Assembly: GCA_050248615.1 (NCBI GenBank)
Contig: JBFWSA010000013.1
Span: forward strand, 1 to 56,294
Source of the DNA: Simkaniaceae bacterium
Lineage (GTDB): Bacteria > Chlamydiota > Chlamydiia > Chlamydiales > Simkaniaceae
Length of the DNA: 56,294 nucleotides
Reading direction: 5' to 3'
Position 1 is the stretch's first letter, and each line of letters starts with the position of its first letter. Positions 32,060 to 41,300 of the stretch are shown one piece after another. Both the position numbers and the translations under genes were made by a program. The notes below the pieces were generated by a model. The model was given only the letters and a program-made list of their open reading frames with translations. It ran no database searches and had not been told where the DNA came from.

Positions 32060-32229
32060 TACCTCGAAGTGCTATTTATTTCGCTTCATAGGTAAGTAGA
32101 ATTGACGTAGATACAAGCTGAGCGCCGAGCTAAGGTGGATTCACCTTGGCGAAGGGGCAAAGCGCTGTAGATGCGTTAATTCTATTTGCCTATGCAGCAC
32201 AAAGGAAAAATAAATGTCACTTCGAGGTA
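32060..32229. mobile_element. 170-bp palindromic MITE-like element, family C
   Basis: 12-bp terminal inverted repeats tacctcgaagtg/cacttcgaggta; inner ataggtaagtagaattgacg/cgttaattctatttgcctat; central aaggtg-gatt-cacctt hairpin. Confidence 0.78.
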
Positions 32230-32346
32230 ATACCCAAAAGATTTTACTCTCTAAGGAGCAAAAAGCAAAAGAAAATAAAATCTCTTGGCGATAAAACAAC
32301 TTTTTTGCACAATTAAAGGTCATCGCATTTGAAAAAGGAATTTTGA

Positions 32347-32640
32347 ATGAAGAAAGCGCTTTCTTTTGCTATCGCTATCTCCTTGGTGTTATTGAACTCA
32401 CCACTCTACTCGGCAAGTGAAGCTCTCTCAGACTGTGAATACGATGCCAATGAAGGGTATGAAAAATGTGAACCCCTAGGTTATGGGTCGAGTCAAGCCA
32501 CTTCAACTACGATTAGTATGTCAATGATAGGGTGGGGTTTAGGACTTGCAGCAGCCATTGCCATCATTGCAGGTGTCATCCACCAAAGCGCCTCCACGCA
32601 TAGCAGTAGCAATAGTGATGGTACCAATACTGGTACCTAA
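32347..32640 (+). CDS. Small exported/membrane protein (signal peptide plus one hydrophobic helix)
   Basis: MKKALSFAIA signal, acidic spacer, GWGLGLAAAIAIIAGVI, S/T-rich tail; AAGGA ribosome site. Confidence 0.7.
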   Translation: MKKALSFAIAISLVLLNSPLYSASEALSDCEYDANEGYEKCEPLGYGSSQATSTTISMSMIGWGLGLAAAIAIIAGVIHQSASTHSSSNSDGTNTGT

Positions 32641-32649
32641 AGGAAGTCT

Positions 32650-33378
32650 ATGAACCGACTTTGCCTCTTGTTTCTTTTGATCTCTACAGCTGTTTTTGGA
32701 GCACCTCCTTTTTTTACAACGTTCACTCCTCCCGAAAAATGGCTCATCGCAGATCCTTTAAAGTTAGAAAAACCTATTCAAATCGGTTTCGTTGAGTCTT
32801 CAAAAAAAATATTTTCCCCTTCCCTGACCCTTTCCTACGAAAAGATCGGAAAAACAACCCTAAAAACCTATCTCGCAGCCGTTAAAAAAAACTACGCAGC
32901 AGACTGGACTTCCACCTGCCAAGAACTCGGAACTCTCAATACCTCCCTAGGTAAAGCCTCTCTTTTACAGATTGAAATGAAAAATGCCTGGGGAAACATT
33001 ACCCTTCTCCAAGCCATCTCTCTCTATGAAGGGTTTGCCCTCATTCAAACGGCCGCTTGTTTACAAGAAGACTTCCTCAGACTCCATGAAACCTTCTTAA
33101 ATTCCTTTAAATCCCTCACGGTCTACCCTTCTTTAGTGGGTTCGATTGATAATCCCACCTTTGCAACTAAAATCGCTACCTTAAGAAACTGCTGGGAAAA
33201 GCACACTGCCACCTCTAAAGATGATCCCCACGACCTTTTCACAAGCCCTTTTTTCCAAAATAATCAATGGAAACCTTTCGTCAGCTACATTGAGGGAGAA
33301 CTCAAAGATCAAGGCCCCTGCTGGCAGTTTCTAGCAATCAGACATCTAAAAGAATCCCTCTTGGAGAAAATACCATGA
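32650..33378 (+). CDS. Exported chlamydial protein (CT311-like by position and size)
   Basis: Signal peptide; FTPPEKW, FSPSLTL and FQNNQWKPF..GPCWQ motifs; lies between atpE and tal. Confidence 0.7.
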   Translation: MNRLCLLFLLISTAVFGAPPFFTTFTPPEKWLIADPLKLEKPIQIGFVESSKKIFSPSLTLSYEKIGKTTLKTYLAAVKKNYAADWTSTCQELGTLNTSLGKASLLQIEMKNAWGNITLLQAISLYEGFALIQTAACLQEDFLRLHETFLNSFKSLTVYPSLVGSIDNPTFATKIATLRNCWEKHTATSKDDPHDLFTSPFFQNNQWKPFVSYIEGELKDQGPCWQFLAIRHLKESLLEKIP

Positions 33379-33686
33379 AAAAAATCTTCCATCTTATTCT
33401 GCTTCCTATTTTTTGCCTGACAACGCCCCTCTTAGCACAGCAAGCTCCTCCTATAGACAATTCTGACACAGAGAGCCCTACAGATCTCTCATCCCCTGCC
33501 TACGCTCCCACTCACGATGCCCCTTTTCGCACCCGTGAAGATCTCCCCCCTTCTCTCCTTAAAAAACACAAAAAAACAGCTGCTGTTGTCTTAGGAACCC
33601 TTGCTGCCGTTACCATTGGACTCATCGTATCTGGTGCGGATACAGGGAAACATATCCCTCCAAAAGAGAGTAGTACCTCTCGATGA
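33375..33686 (+). CDS. Small exported/membrane protein (signal peptide plus one hydrophobic helix)
   Basis: Signal peptide, P/D-rich spacer, AVVLGTLAAVTIGLIVSG; ATGA overlaps with both neighbours. Confidence 0.65.
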   Translation: MKKIFHLILLPIFCLTTPLLAQQAPPIDNSDTESPTDLSSPAYAPTHDAPFRTREDLPPSLLKKHKKTAAVVLGTLAAVTIGLIVSGADTGKHIPPKESSTSR

Positions 33687-34186
33687 AGGGACTCTTCTTA
33701 TCCCTTATTATTGTCTTGTTACTAGCTGGCTGTCATCGAGAACCTTGGCAACACTCCTCTATCCGCAATGGAAACGGGCAACACGATCTAGCCAAACTCA
33801 CCTATCCCGCCTCCAACCCCAACAGTGGGATAGAACTTGCAATCACGCGGCATGGAAAAGAGATCCTCGGCTATATCCATGTACACAGCTACACCCTTCC
33901 CCTCTACCAAGAAAATCCCCATGAAACCTTTCTCACGATTGAAACAGAGCAAGCCAGCCAAACCTTTGTCATTCCCCTCTTTGAGGGAGGACAACGGGCG
34001 CGGCTAAGCCCTATTTGTCTGGATTACCTCCTCCAAACCTTAGAACTGAAACCTTCTGTCACCCTCTCTTCAGGCCATTTTTCAGAGACACTAAACTCAG
34101 GAAATTTCCACCGCCATTACGATGCCCTTCTCCGCGAACCTAGTCGTCTTCTCCCGGAAAGCCTAGTAACCTTTGAACTATATTAA
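33683..34186 (+). CDS. Lipoprotein of unknown function
   Basis: Lipobox LLAG-C after a hydrophobic leader; EGGQR motif. Confidence 0.75.
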   Translation: MKGLFLSLIIVLLLAGCHREPWQHSSIRNGNGQHDLAKLTYPASNPNSGIELAITRHGKEILGYIHVHSYTLPLYQENPHETFLTIETEQASQTFVIPLFEGGQRARLSPICLDYLLQTLELKPSVTLSSGHFSETLNSGNFHRHYDALLREPSRLLPESLVTFELY

Positions 34187-34225
34187 GAAGAGTTGGTATA
34201 GAGAAGTTAAAGCAAAAGGATCCTC

Positions 34226-35170
34226 ATGAATAAGTTTGAAGCTTTAAAAAAATACACAACGCTTGTTGCCGATACAGGCGAAATCGATGAAATTAAGAAA
34301 TACAAGCCTACGGATGCAACCACCAACCCCTCTCTTATTCTTAAAGCCTCTGAAATCGAAGAGTATAAACCTCTCATCCAAGAAGCCGTTGCTTATGGCA
34401 AGTCTAAAGGGGGAAAGCTAGATCTCATCATCGCAAAAGTATTTGTAAACTTTGGAGCAGAGATCCTGAAATTTATCCCCGGTCGCGTCTCCACAGAAGT
34501 GGATGCCCGCCTCTCTTTTGATGTCGAGGGAAGTATCGCCAAGGCTCATCAGTATATCGCCCTTTACAAAGAAGCGGGTATTGAAAAAGAGCGCGTTTTG
34601 ATCAAGCTTGCCTCAACTTGGGAAGGAGTTCTCGCAGCCAAAGTTCTCGAAAAAGAGGGTATTCACTGCAACATGACCCTGATGTTTAGTCTCGGCCAAG
34701 CCATTGCTTGCGCAGAGGCAAAGGCAACCCTCATCTCTCCCTTTGTCGGGAGAATTCTCGATTGGTATAAAAAAGCAGAAGGGAAAGACTCCTATCCTCC
34801 AGATCAAGATCCCGGTGTTGTCTCAGTCACCACTATCTTCAATTACTACAAAAAGTTTGGATACAAAACCCAAATCATGGGGGCAAGCTTCCGTAATGTC
34901 TATGAAGTGCTAGAACTTGCAGGCTCCGATCTGCTCACCATTGCCCCTCCCCTTCTCAAAGAGCTTACCGAGTCTCAAGGGGCAGTTCCTCGCAAGCTCT
35001 GCGCAGATAAAGCACAAAAAATGGACTTAGAAAAAATCTCTGTAGATGAAAAGACTTTCCGCTGGATGGTGAATGACGATGCCATGGCAACTGAAAAGCT
35101 TGCCGAAGGGATCCGGAATTTTGCTAAAGATACCGTGAAACTCGAGAAAATGATCCAAAAGATGCTCTAA
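34226..35170 (+). CDS. tal: Transaldolase
   Basis: [46 protein letters not shown]. Confidence 0.97.
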   Translation: MNKFEALKKYTTLVADTGEIDEIKKYKPTDATTNPSLILKASEIEEYKPLIQEAVAYGKSKGGKLDLIIAKVFVNFGAEILKFIPGRVSTEVDARLSFDVEGSIAKAHQYIALYKEAGIEKERVLIKLASTWEGVLAAKVLEKEGIHCNMTLMFSLGQAIACAEAKATLISPFVGRILDWYKKAEGKDSYPPDQDPGVVSVTTIFNYYKKFGYKTQIMGASFRNVYEVLELAGSDLLTIAPPLLKELTESQGAVPRKLCADKAQKMDLEKISVDEKTFRWMVNDDAMATEKLAEGIRNFAKDTVKLEKMIQKML

Positions 35171-35175
35171 AAAGT

Positions 35176-35204
35176 GGAGTGCTACCCCTATAGGAAAGCA
35201 CTCC
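35176..35204. terminator. Hairpin between convergent tal and the orphan gene
   Basis: ggagtgct...agcactcc stem. Confidence 0.55.
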
Positions 35205-35215
35205 CTAAGCTTGCA

Positions 35216-35929
35216 TTAATTGCCGCGAAGCCAGTTCCAGGCTGTATTAAGTCCGGTCGTATTTGCTACCCAAGTCGCACCACTCCATACCGCACTACAA
35301 ACCTTAATCGTAGCACTAACTAGATAATACTCTCTAAGGCCACTCTCTTTAAAAAATCCTTTTACAAATCCAGGTGCTAAATGAACATGGTCTCTCGCTA
35401 ATGCTCCCATTGCGCTTCCTACAGCCTCAGCATTCACTTGTCCTTTAGGCCGATCATCCATAGGAACGCCTTCTAGACGACCACTCCCATCTATAAATCC
35501 CTCAACAAAAGCACTTCCTAAATTAGTAGCACGTTCGCCAGTCATTTTTCGTCCTAATTGGTGTCCTAAAAGTTGAGCATGCCCTTCTAAATTATGGTTA
35601 TCCGCAATGGCATCGACCGTGTGTGTTAAGGCTTTACTAACTATAAAGTTTTCGGCTCGATGTAAGATCCCACCTGTCGATGGCTTCACATCTCTTGATT
35701 TAAATTTGAGAAACTTTGGGATGATACGTTTCGCCGCTTTTACAGGGGCTCCACCCTCATTACGAACTTGAGCAGACTGTTTTGATTGATTTTTTTTTAG
35801 GGTACAGACTAGCCCTTTTCCCATTTTTAGAGCTTTTTCTTTCAATATCTCTGGTTTATCATAGGTGTGAAGACCTATCCCATAGACTGTACGGACATAT
35901 GTACTTTTAATTTGATCTGAAAATGACAT
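35216..35929 (-). CDS. Hypothetical protein (orphan, effector-like)
   Basis: 237-aa ORF; AAGGAAGGGAGAG purine tract before the ATG; AT-rich promoter; Gly/Ala-rich C-terminal half. Confidence 0.7.
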   Translation of the reverse strand: MSFSDQIKSTYVRTVYGIGLHTYDKPEILKEKALKMGKGLVCTLKKNQSKQSAQVRNEGGAPVKAAKRIIPKFLKFKSRDVKPSTGGILHRAENFIVSKALTHTVDAIADNHNLEGHAQLLGHQLGRKMTGERATNLGSAFVEGFIDGSGRLEGVPMDDRPKGQVNAEAVGSAMGALARDHVHLAPGFVKGFFKESGLREYYLVSATIKVCSAVWSGATWVANTTGLNTAWNWLRGN

Positions 35930-35966
35930 GTTTAATTCTCTCCCTTCCTTTTTATGTCATAATAAT

Positions 35967-35995
35967 ATTATAAACTATTTTAAATAGTTTGTAAA
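35967..35995 (-). promoter_or_regulatory. Candidate promoter TTTACA-17-TATAAT with a palindromic operator-like spacer
   Basis: aaactattt-t-aaatagttt (35972-35990) is a perfect inverted repeat between the -35 and -10 boxes. Confidence 0.5.
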
Positions 35996-36162
35996 CAATT
36001 TATTTAAATTAATGATTTGTAATTAATTAATTATCAATTAGATAGAGAATTAGAGGATACAAAGAGAATGAGAGTGTACTCTATTCCATTTTCCAAGAGG
36101 GAAAAGAGGCGAATACAATTTGTTGATTATTAGCAATTTAGGAGGTTATTGGAAGGCTTTAT

Positions 36163-36729
36163 CTAAGGAATATACTCGTAGCCTACGTATTTGTTGGGAT
36201 CGTATCCTTCATGCATGTACTCTACACGCTGCATACCGATCGACTCAAAGAACCGGGCACTCGCCTGGTTGAGCACCCGAGTAATCGCTACAAAACGGTT
36301 ACATTCTGGAAGGCTTTCTAAGGCAATCCCGGCAAGAATTTTGCCAATTCCACTTCTCATATGATAAGGAGAGATGGCCATTTGCCGACAATAGACTTCG
36401 GGATATTGACTGAGTTCCAAGATCAATAGTCCCACCACAACGTTATCTTTCTTTGCGATCAGCCAATGGATCATTTCAGGATTGCTCTCTTTCAAAAGAA
36501 GTTCCTCTTCAATGACCTCTTTTAAAAACCCCTCAATACTAGTCACTCCCAGCTCTTGAGGGGTGAATCCTTGATAGGCTACTAAAAAGCTATCGACAAA
36601 TAGGAACGCAGCTTCCTGAAAGTCTTCTGGATGATTCCACTCGAAAGCAAAGTGATCAACAGTTTTATCTTGGAATGTCCAAGAAAAAATCGTAGAACAA
36701 AATACGAGAAATACTGCTACCCATCTCAT
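36163..36729 (-). CDS. GNAT acetyltransferase with an N-terminal signal-like peptide
   Basis: MAISPYHMRSGIGKIL (motif A) and NQASARFFESIG (motif B); leader MRWVAVFLVFCSTIFS. Confidence 0.8.
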   Translation of the reverse strand: MRWVAVFLVFCSTIFSWTFQDKTVDHFAFEWNHPEDFQEAAFLFVDSFLVAYQGFTPQELGVTSIEGFLKEVIEEELLLKESNPEMIHWLIAKKDNVVVGLLILELSQYPEVYCRQMAISPYHMRSGIGKILAGIALESLPECNRFVAITRVLNQASARFFESIGMQRVEYMHEGYDPNKYVGYEYIP

Positions 36730-36750
36730 GATAACGCCTTTTGTTTAACG

Positions 36751-36907
36751 TCAATTGCATGTAAGGACTCTATGCAAAAACTTAGATTTCTGATGAGATT
36801 TCCTGAAAAATCTGCGAAGGAAATAGCAAAAAGCTATTTTCGAGCAGCTTTTCCTGGAAAGATCGCAGAAAGATCTGTTTTTGCATAGAGTCCTTACATG
36901 CAATTGA
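36751..36907. mobile_element. 157-bp palindromic MITE-like element, family D
   Basis: Perfect 31-bp terminal inverted repeats tcaattgcatgtaaggactctatgcaaaaac/gtttttgcatagagtccttacatgcaattga; central aaatagc-aaaaa-gctattt. Confidence 0.85.
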
Positions 36908-36941
36908 TGTTTATTTAGAAAGAGGATACCCGAAGGGGCAT

Positions 36942-38294
36942 TTATTCGGAAAGAGTCGCGTATTCTTTGAGTAAAAGATAGAGATAAGCATAGGCATGCT
37001 CTGTCGTCAGACGGTTGAGCACAAACTGACGTCCATTCTCCGCAATGTCTCGAGACTCTTTGGGGTGGGCCTTGGCCCAAGCTACCATTTGGGGAAGATC
37101 GGAGAGATCCTCAGCATAAGGGATATAATGGACAAAAGGTTTTAGGGCTGGAAAATACCACATCTGAAAAGTAGACATTTGCTTCAAAGGAACACAATTG
37201 GAGCGCAAGATCCAATAGTAACGGGAGTAGGTTGAAGCATTTCCATCGACATCGATCAAATACTTATAGCCCAGGCTCTCTTCGGGGTAGAGAAACTCCC
37301 CTTTGAGGTTTTCTTCTGCTAACAGTTCTGGGTTACTTTCTGCCCCCAAGACATAGAGGGAAAACTTGGCATCTATAAGTTCACTCTCCCGTGCCATGAA
37401 AACGAGTTTCGAGCGGGGATAACTGCGCCAGTGGGGCAAGCTAAAGTCTCCACTAGTCGTACTCCCCCGCCAAAAGGCTATATCTTTCTTCTCCTCCCAA
37501 GGTGAAGCCTCGGAGGCAAGATCGATCTTTTGATCGAGAGTTTCATAGCCTGTCAAAATCTCATGATCGGGAATAACGATAATGTAGGGGTTTCCCTCCC
37601 GTTTACAATGGACAAAAATGGGAGCTTCTAGATGGATCCAATCCAGGCTATCATGAAAAGAGATCACAAACTCCAGATCAGGTAATGAAATTGCCTTCAC
37701 AAGACGGACTAAAGCGGCGTTCATATACTGGAGCGTGTTGTGATTCTTGGAGTAATCTTTGACATAGAGACGCCCCTCTTTAATTTTATATTTCGCTAGG
37801 AGGAGTTGGTCTTCCCAATCGGGAATCTTTTGAAATTTTTCGATCATGTGATTGAGGGACGTGGGAGGATTGGCTTTGAAATGGGCCAATTGCTTCTGAA
37901 TCTCTTCGATCATCCATTGGGGAGGGTTTTCAACGAGCTTATAAAATGCTTCACTTAAAGGGGGATGCAGCAAACGGATCTCGGCTAAGCGCAAATGATT
38001 CCGTACCCCTTTATCCCGCTTGGGTCCTTTGAGCTCACTGCGTAAAGTCAAAAACTTTTCAACATCAACATATCCCCCCTCTTTTTCTAAAGTGATCGCT
38101 GATACCGCTTCCATTTTCATGCGTAAAGCGATCCGCTTGAATTTACGAGATACAATAGAAATGGGGAGAGCTAAGAGAAGCATAAGAGCAACAATCTGCA
38201 CCCCTTTCCACCGAGAAGAGCGCGCTGCCTTCCCCGAAGCGGTAATCAGAAAAAAAAGTGTCGCTCCAATGATTGAAAAAATCCAATAATACAT
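36942..38294 (-). CDS. Glycosyltransferase family 90 (CAP10/KDELC/Rumi-like) with two N-terminal TM helices
   Basis: LPDLEFVISFHD, PWEEKKDIAFWRGSTT, YKYLIDVDGN, WYFPALKPFVHYIP, IAENGRQF, YLYLLLKEYA. Confidence 0.85.
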   Translation of the reverse strand: MYYWIFSIIGATLFFLITASGKAARSSRWKGVQIVALMLLLALPISIVSRKFKRIALRMKMEAVSAITLEKEGGYVDVEKFLTLRSELKGPKRDKGVRNHLRLAEIRLLHPPLSEAFYKLVENPPQWMIEEIQKQLAHFKANPPTSLNHMIEKFQKIPDWEDQLLLAKYKIKEGRLYVKDYSKNHNTLQYMNAALVRLVKAISLPDLEFVISFHDSLDWIHLEAPIFVHCKREGNPYIIVIPDHEILTGYETLDQKIDLASEASPWEEKKDIAFWRGSTTSGDFSLPHWRSYPRSKLVFMARESELIDAKFSLYVLGAESNPELLAEENLKGEFLYPEESLGYKYLIDVDGNASTYSRYYWILRSNCVPLKQMSTFQMWYFPALKPFVHYIPYAEDLSDLPQMVAWAKAHPKESRDIAENGRQFVLNRLTTEHAYAYLYLLLKEYATLSE

Positions 38295-38310
38295 ATTAAA
38301 AGGAGTTACG

Positions 38311-38343
38311 TTAAAGCAGCGAGCTCTAGGCTCGCTGCTTTAA
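38311..38343 (-). terminator. Terminator hairpin downstream of rpoC
   Basis: ttaaagcagcgagc-tctag-gctcgctgctttaa, a perfect 14-bp stem. Confidence 0.8.
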
Positions 38344-38348
38344 TGGGA

Positions 38349-41300
38349 TTAACCTGAGAATGCGAAGTCGAGAATGTCCTCTTCTCCGATATCTACAAAC
38401 TTTTTAACACGTTTTTCGTAGTCTGTAAAGCCTGTTCCACCCGGAATCATATGACCCATGATAAGGTTAGCTTTAAAGTCGAGGAGATAGTCGGTTTTTC
38501 CTTCACAAGCTGCGTCGGTAAGAACACGCGTGGTCTCTTGGAACGATGCGGCAGAGACAAACGACTCGGTTCCAAGCGAAGCTTTGGTGATCCCCAGAAG
38601 AATGGGAGCTGCTTGCGCAGGTTTTCCCCCCTCTTCAATCACTTTAGAGTTTTGCTCGTGGAATTGCTTTTTATCGACATTTTCTCCATAGAGGAACGTG
38701 GTATCACCCGGATCGGTCACACGCACTTTTTGTAACATCTGGCGAACAATGATCTCGATGTGTTTGTCGTTAATGTCTACCCCTTGGAGGCGGTAAACTT
38801 CTTGGACTTGATTTACGAGATATTTTTGCAGTTCGCGGACACCGCAAATCTCCAAAATTTCTTGGGGAACAACTAAACCATCTGTTAGCTGTTGCCCTTT
38901 CACCACATTGTCACCTTTTTGGATGATTAAGTGCTTAGTAAGAGGGATAAGATGTTCCTCTTCCATGCCACTATCCTCATCGCGGACAACCACGATACGC
39001 TTACTCTTTTGAACCCCTTTGAAATCGACGATTCCATCGATCTTAGCGATTTCTGCGGCATCCCGAGGACGACGTGCTTCAAAGAGTTCTGCAACCCGAG
39101 GAAGACCCCCGGTAATATCTTTAGTTTTGATCGCTCCTCGTGGAAGACGTGCTAGGAGATCTCCAGCACCCACTTTGTGCCCTTCTGCTACCGATATAAT
39201 CGCACCTGAAGGGATCGCATAGGTACCAACCAGCTCTTCATAATCTTTATCAGCATAGATGACGATTTGTGGATGGAGCTCTCCGCGGTGTTGACGTACA
39301 ATCAGCTCGGTTTGACCCGTTTGCTTGTTCACATCACGGATCGTCGAAATCCCTTCCACGAGATCTTCATATTTAACATATCCAGGTCTTTCACAAATAA
39401 TCGGAATATTGTGTTGCTCCCAATGACCAACCCGATCGCCCCGTTTCACTTTCGATCCATCCTCAAGATAGATCTGTGTCCCGAGTTCAATGGTAAAAGA
39501 CTGGAGGGGCTCAATAGATTTTGTGCTTAGGAGCTTTTTGTAATCTTCTAAATTGCGTCCTTCATCACGAACGATATGGAGGAATCCATTTTTGTTTAAC
39601 GCGAGCCACTTTCCTTCTTTGTTACGCACCGTACGTAGGTCAGTATAGACAAGAATCCCTTCCTTTTCGGTGATCAAATCAGGCGTTGCGTGAGCAGCGG
39701 CAATCCCCCCTAAGTGGAAGGTACGCATGGTAAGCTGGGTTCCCGGCTCTCCAATCGACTGCGCTGCAATAATGCCGACGGCTTCCCCTTTAGCAACAGG
39801 GCGGCCATTGGCTAGGTTGAGACCATAACAAAGAGAGCAAATCCCCCGCTTAGATTCACAAGTCAGGGTCGAACGTATTCGGATACTGTCAATACCAGAA
39901 TCATCAATGGCCTCGGCTTGTTTTACTGTAAGGGTATCCCCAGACTTCGCTAGGAGAATAGATTTATCTCCTGGCATATAGATATCTTCACAAACAGTAC
40001 GCCCGAAAATACGGTCTTTGAGAGGAAGAAGCTCTTCTTGCCCTTGTTTAATGGGGGCGACTTCAATTCCATTCAATGTCCCACAGTCGGGTTCCGTTAC
40101 AAGAACATCTTGCGCTACGTCTACTAGACGACGCGTTAGATATCCTGAGTCTGCGGTTTTAAGGGCGGTATCCGCCAATCCTTTACGGGCACCGTGAGAA
40201 GAGATAAAGAATTCAAGTACCGAAAGACCTTCACGGAAATTCGCAGTAATCGGAGACTCAATAATCTCCCCTGAAGGTTTTGCCATGAGGCCCCGGAGAG
40301 CTCCTAGCTGTTTAACCTGAGATTTATTCCCCCGCGCTCCCGAATCCATCATGAGATACAGAGGATTCAGAGATGTCCCTTCAGGTTTCGAAATGATTTC
40401 AAAGAGTTGGTCAGCTAAGATCTCAGAAACGTCTGTCCAAATACTAATGATTTTGGAATGACGTTCTCCTTCAGTGATGACACCATCTTCATATTGCTTA
40501 ATAACAATTGCGACTTTCTTTTGGGTTTCCTCAAGAATCTTTTGCTTGGCTTCAGGAACACAAACGTCTTTTACTCCCATCGAAAGGGCAGCTTTTGTCG
40601 CATTTCCAAAACCTAGATGTTTCAAGTCATCCAAGAAGCGCACGCAGGCTTCAAGACCTACTTTTTTATAGGTCCCGAGGACGAGCTCACTCATCTTCTT
40701 CTTACGTAAACCATAGTTTTGGAAACCGAGTTCTTTTGGAACAATGGTGTTAAAAACAACGCGTCCAGGAGTTGTCTCAATAATCCCTGACTCCAGGCGG
40801 ACTTTGATTTTCTCATGGATATGGAGGCCTCGTCCGAAGTTATCAAAACGGACATCCTTTTCCTTATTCCCATGCCAGTTGTAACTATCACCACCAAAAA
40901 GGGCATGGAGGACCTCTTCAGAGGATCCAAAAACCTTCGTCTGTTTTCCATGGTCTTCAGGGAAATAGATCGGATCATGCATGAGATAGTAAAGACCCAA
41001 AATCATATCCTGAGAAGGAACAGCTGCCGGTTTTCCAGAGGAAGGAAGGAAAATGTTATCTGGAGCCATCATCAAGAGTTTAGCTTCGAGTTGTGCTTCA
41101 ACAGAAAGGGGAACATGGACAGCCATTTGGTCCCCGTCGAAGTCGGCATTAAAAGCTGTACAAACAAGGGGGTGAATACGAATCGCCTTCCCTTCAATCA
41201 GGACAGGCTCAAACGCTTGAATCCCGAGACGATGGAGTGTGGGGGCACGGTTTAAAAGAACAGGGTGCCCTTTAATAATCTCTTCGAGAACATCCCATAC

